Origin: Basidiobolus meristosporus CBS 931.73
Lineage: Eukaryota > Fungi > Basidiobolomycota
DNA length: 64,000 bases
Direction: 5' to 3'
Assembly: GCA_002104905.1 (NCBI GenBank)
Contig: MCFE01000108.1
Span: 62,001-126,000 of the forward strand
Part shown: piece by piece, positions 59,451-64,000 of the stretch
Layout of the letters: every line of letters starts with the position of its first letter
Numbering within the stretch: position 1 is the first letter of the stretch
Made by a program: the position numbers and the translations under genes
Notes under the pieces: model-generated
Database searches by the model: none
What the model saw: the letters and a program-made list of their open reading frames with translations, nothing else
Told to the model about the DNA's origin: nothing

Positions 59451-62400
59451 AGTTTTAGAACTTTATCCCCGCCCCGGTAGCAATACAGAAAGCGCGTACT
59501 GGCTTCGGTGGAAAAGAAGCGCTCACCACAATACTGAATGTTCCCCACCACGTTTGTACCCAATGCAGGATAGAGCCGCTTGGTTATTGAGGTGATTAAA
59601 TATGGGCATGTTATACTGCTTTTCCAACCATGAATATCAATGGTCAATCTGTGTAGACATTTATAGGCTAGCTAATACGATTAAGAGCGAAGACAATGAG
59701 TAAATGTTACACATAGAGCTGGTATGCAACCCGATCATTCAGACAGCCGGATTTCAAACCTGGGCCAAGATTTCATGAGATAAACATCGAACTAACGATC
59801 CTATTCTTGGCACACAGTGTAAATTCAGGGGGATTCGAAACTGGTCAACACAATAACGAATGGTTTGCATAAAATCTTAGGGCCATCATCGACTTATTCC
59901 CACCGCAGATAGGGTAATTCCCTGCCGGAAGATGATAAGCTTTCATCTCCACCGAAGCGTATCACCCTTTCGGTTACATCAACCAGTGGCAAATAGTGGT
60001 ATGCGTACCACAGGTGAGTCAAACTTGATCAATTGAATCCTTCGAGAATGGGCCCATCGAAGGTTGCAACGCCGGTGTTTGCAAACCAGAGGATGGCAGA
60101 CAGCTCTCGGAGATTTGGGTTCACCACAGCCTGAAAGCAAGGTATGTAGAGTTTCATTTGGTCATCTATTTTCCGTAGTCATTTGATGAATACAGAAGAT
60201 CTACTATTCTAAGCCTGCTCCTACAAACTAACTGATAGCAGCATATCCTGCTAAAAATAGAACAGCGTTGTGTGACAAGAGGTCAATCCACGGTGGCACA
60301 TACGAGATGAAGTTTGCGGAATGCATTGGGCGATGTGTCTGTGGTGGGAGGATGTGGAAATGATAGAGATGTCAACATCCACTGCTATCCAAAGCCCATC
60401 GCTTCAAATCGATCATAGTGCAGCCGTGTAAATTGGTTTGGAAATTCCCAACCTTGTGGGAGCTTGTACAATCTCCCCTGATTGCTAGCTCCATGAGGCA
60501 ATGTATCATCTGGGGATCCCACCACTCCAGTTATGTTTCCTTCGACAATGGAGTTCTCGGATCGCTACGAGTCCTGAGAGCTTTCTTCGGTTGAATACTT
60601 TCCAATATGGAGAGTGCAGCATGGGCAGTTGAGGATTTGGAAATGTTGGGTTGATCATTAGAGAGAGTTCATCTCCTGAATTCTCCGCCTATAGAGAGTG
60701 ATTCTAGCTGGTTGGACTAAGAAGCCCCCATTCAGCCACGCTCCATCATGCAACCCTCATCCAGAAGGGGGAACACTCATCAAATCCCGCTGTTGATTTT
60801 CTTGTTAGACGAAGGTAGGAAAGTCAAATGAAGTCTATGGTTGCCCACGAGAAATCGGAATTCTGTGCACCTACATCGTGGGGCTTGGCAAGCTAGAAAA
60901 TGCAGGTAAAAACTTTGTCGCAATGATCAGCTTGGGCTCCGGTTCCTCTCGCAGCCATTGGGTCCGATTCATATCCAGGACGTATACCATAGAAGGAACT
61001 TGCCAACGGGGTAGAACGTGGTGCCAAGGCTGCATTAGGGATCTAGGTGGATATAGGACAGCAGTAATGATTTCAGTTTGCTCTGTCATGTAGACCGGCT
61101 CGGATCAATCTATCTAGGAGATTTGGATCTGAAATAACTCCAATGCACTGCCAAACATGGGTGGAGTTGTTAGTATCAGGTTGTCCCTATAAGGCGTTTA
61201 TTTTCAATTCGGGAAAGCGCTGGTCCTGCATTTCGCCGGTGCCAGAAGCAACCAAACGACCTCCATATCTACCTTATCCATCGCCTTATCACGGATGAAC
61301 TTTCGAAACGCCATTCTCCCCAGGTTGCATACTATGATACAGCTAGTACACACTCTCAACCCAACCATATGGTGCAAAAAGCGCCCCTACACCAAACCCC
61401 AATACGACGGAACAAAAGCAACCGGAGAGACACCGTGCAGGTCGACCACACTATCGATGCGTCTCAAAGTTATTATATAGACAGGCTACAGGCTATTAGA
61501 ATGTGGTCACTCGAGCAACCATCATGATTGGGCAAGCCATTATGACCTGATCTTCCCAATTACGCCACGAAGTGGATCTCAACTTTGCATTCAATTTCCA
61601 GTCAATCATCATATCAGGGAGGTGTGTTACATACAATGCTCAGTAACCATCAATGAACATGAAAAGCAACATCCAGGGGATGAGGCACTGTGCGGCCCAC
61701 CCTACTCAATCCGCCCTTTGCTCTTCGATTTACTCTGCCAAGCTCCCAAATGCAAGAAGGTACTGAGGGCAAACTCCCTGGGCTGGATCGAGCATATACA
61801 CCACCATGATCATTTGCCCAGACGCTACACTAGAACTGATGCTACATGTGCGCCAATATCACCACTCAGATAAGATAGCCTCTGTACTCATACAGCCTCA
61901 TTGTGACGATAGATTGAGGCAACATCAACATCAATGCAGAAGACAGTCACCTCACGTGCCAACTGGAAAAACGGCCATGGATGGCGTGTATTGCATAGGA
62001 GTTTACGAGACCAAACTCAACGATACCGTTCAGGGCGCTAGCCAGTTTCCGCGTAGACCCAATTGAGCCCTATGATCCATGCAGGTAGAGACCAAAGTGT
62101 TTTCTCCTGGCCTGAACGCGCAGCCAGGGATTTGGTCTGAGACATAGCTTGGGCAGGAAAACCATTGCGCAAGGGGATGCTGTTTGTCCTGACGAGGTTT
62201 CTGGTTGGAAATTGAGGCGACCGCGGGCAATAGGTTTCGGAGCCATCGCAAGCATACGTGTGCCGAGAATGCAGCCAAACCTCCCATATTGTTCGAGAAT
62301 GCACCAAGTGAAACATAACCCTAACCCTATATGGGATTGATGGGTAGATTGGTGTCATGCCAATTAACTAAACGCACACATCCGGTCTATTTAGGGATCA

Positions 62401-64000
62401 AACGTAGCAAATGAGTGCTAGTCTCGAAGCTTGATTCAATCAAACCCCCGATTGACCAATTCCTCCCAAGAATCAACCCATCATCTAACCGTCAAACAGC
62501 GACTAATGAAGTCGCATCCACTTCATGTGGAATCATATGAAATTGAGGGACGTAAGGGAACTTAGAGAGTCTGGGTCCTTCTGAAAATGGGAAGCCATGG
62601 CTGCACAGGGGGTTTTCGACCTTCCAGAGGCTGATCATCTCCAACCGATCTGCACCAGAGGATTTGTAGCTTGTTTGGGACTGGTGAGTTGGGCATAGAA
62701 TGGCATATGAACGGAACATCTTCGCCCTTCAACTGGGTCGGTGCAAAGCTAATGATAGCGAACCTGGAATCTACGCGGCCGTTGCTTCCCGATGTCTAAC
62801 TTGGCTTCCTTGTTGAACCTTCGAAAAGCTGAGGCTTTCATGGGTTCAACAAAAGATAAGCAGGCCCAAGTGGCACCGGAACGCAGAAAACGTCGGGCTA
62901 ATGGGACAGCAGAGGATGCAAAGTAAGGCTAGGAATAGCAGTGGCATTGGCAAACCGATCAGCACTACTAAACCGCAGATTCCTTGCAAGCGCCTTCGAC
63001 GGAGATCAACTGGCTGACGTATGAACGGACGATCACGCTAGCCGAAGCTCACGTCAATGACGAATGTCACTTGCATCAGCGCTTACCAGCCCCATGATTG
63101 GCCGACGCCTTGGAAAGAATAGCAACCTGTCCCCAACTACGTTGCGCTAGTCCCACTTCTAAAGCGAAGATGGGCGAATGGGTACGTCGGAATGACATCG
63201 TGAAGTCCCCTGGCTGTTTATCTGAACGAAAAGAATTCCCAAGAAACTCCAATGGATCTCACGATCCGAATAAATCTATTTATGAGGGATTGGGCAACAT
63301 ACGTAAGCCAGGCAAATATCCTTGGCATCACCACACATAATGACCTACATTGACGAATTCCGATCATTTCAGTGGAATCCGCTCCAAATGCCCATCTGCC
63401 TGGTGGATGACTGCAAATCGCAGTTACTCCCTCCCCATCGGACCAATAAGGGAGCAGCTGCAACAATCACTTCCTAGTCATGTTGTTCGGTTTGCTCGTT
63501 AGGCATAATGGAGCCAACAAGCCATTATCAATGCGCACCAGGCTTGGGTGGTTCAATAGGAAGCTACAGGCTTGACGTCCGAAACCAACCACTGGTAGCT
63601 GGGCAGACGGTCTCAGAAAACCCACTAGCAGCTTCGACAATCAGTAACTCGTCTCTGCTCAATACCTTGCCGAGGGTCCCATTGGTTTCCTTAGCCGTGA
63701 TCCACCTACCCCTAGAATTGACATATGCTAAAAAGGCCATAGTGAGGTAAGCAACCCGATCATACCCCATTAGGCTGGACTCTTTGTTACCTATTCCTTT
63801 AGAGAGCATTTGGTTCACCGATTTGGGGAACGTGTAACCAGAAGACGGAGCCTCACAGGCCACTGAAAATAGGCAGCAACGGATGGATTCAATGGAAATA
63901 ATGCAACCAATTTGGATTCCTGCTTCTGTACCGGGTTGAGCATTTGTTGAGGTTAGATACATGGCGCTTACAGGCTGGTGGGTTGTGCGGCTCCAAGCCC
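59451..64000. other. Non-repetitive, CpG-retaining region, probably host DNA with fragmented gene-like sequence
   Basis: CpG is frequent, there is no similarity to the TEs in this window, and there are splice-like signals and short LxxL motifs on the minus strand. No long ORF. Confidence 0.55.

Noticed and set aside
62312-62330. aaccctaaccct as a telomeric repeat
   Set aside because: Only about two units; expected by chance.

Overview
Eukaryotic (most likely fungal) transposon graveyard. From 1 to about 59450 the window is nested, decayed, CpG-depleted transposable element (TE) DNA. It contains: (i) six or more copies of a ~3.4 kb two-gene PHIS-superfamily (PIF/Harbinger-like) DNA transposon with 11-bp terminal inverted repeats (TIRs) AGACTTGTTCC, 3-bp ANT target site duplications (TSDs), a DDE transposase and a divergent Myb/SANT-like ORF2, plus two non-autonomous derivative families; (ii) a Ty3/Gypsy chromovirus that carries three later insertions; (iii) several Ty1/Copia relics, one nearly complete; (iv) CMC/CACTA-like (tnp2) relics with a large divergent accessory ORF; (v) solo LTRs of three families. 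No TE ORF is intact. At about 59450 the sequence changes abruptly to non-repetitive DNA with normal CpG content and no gene I can call with confidence. I saw no rRNA, tRNA or CRISPR array. The strongest unexplained signals are three: a domain-by-domain CpG mosaic inside the youngest PHIS copy, a 1.07-kb LTR family that inserts at (G/A)CGC, and 10-bp-phased GGCA(C) arrays at the transposon ends. All alignments and counts were done by eye; coordinates marked ~ are approximate.
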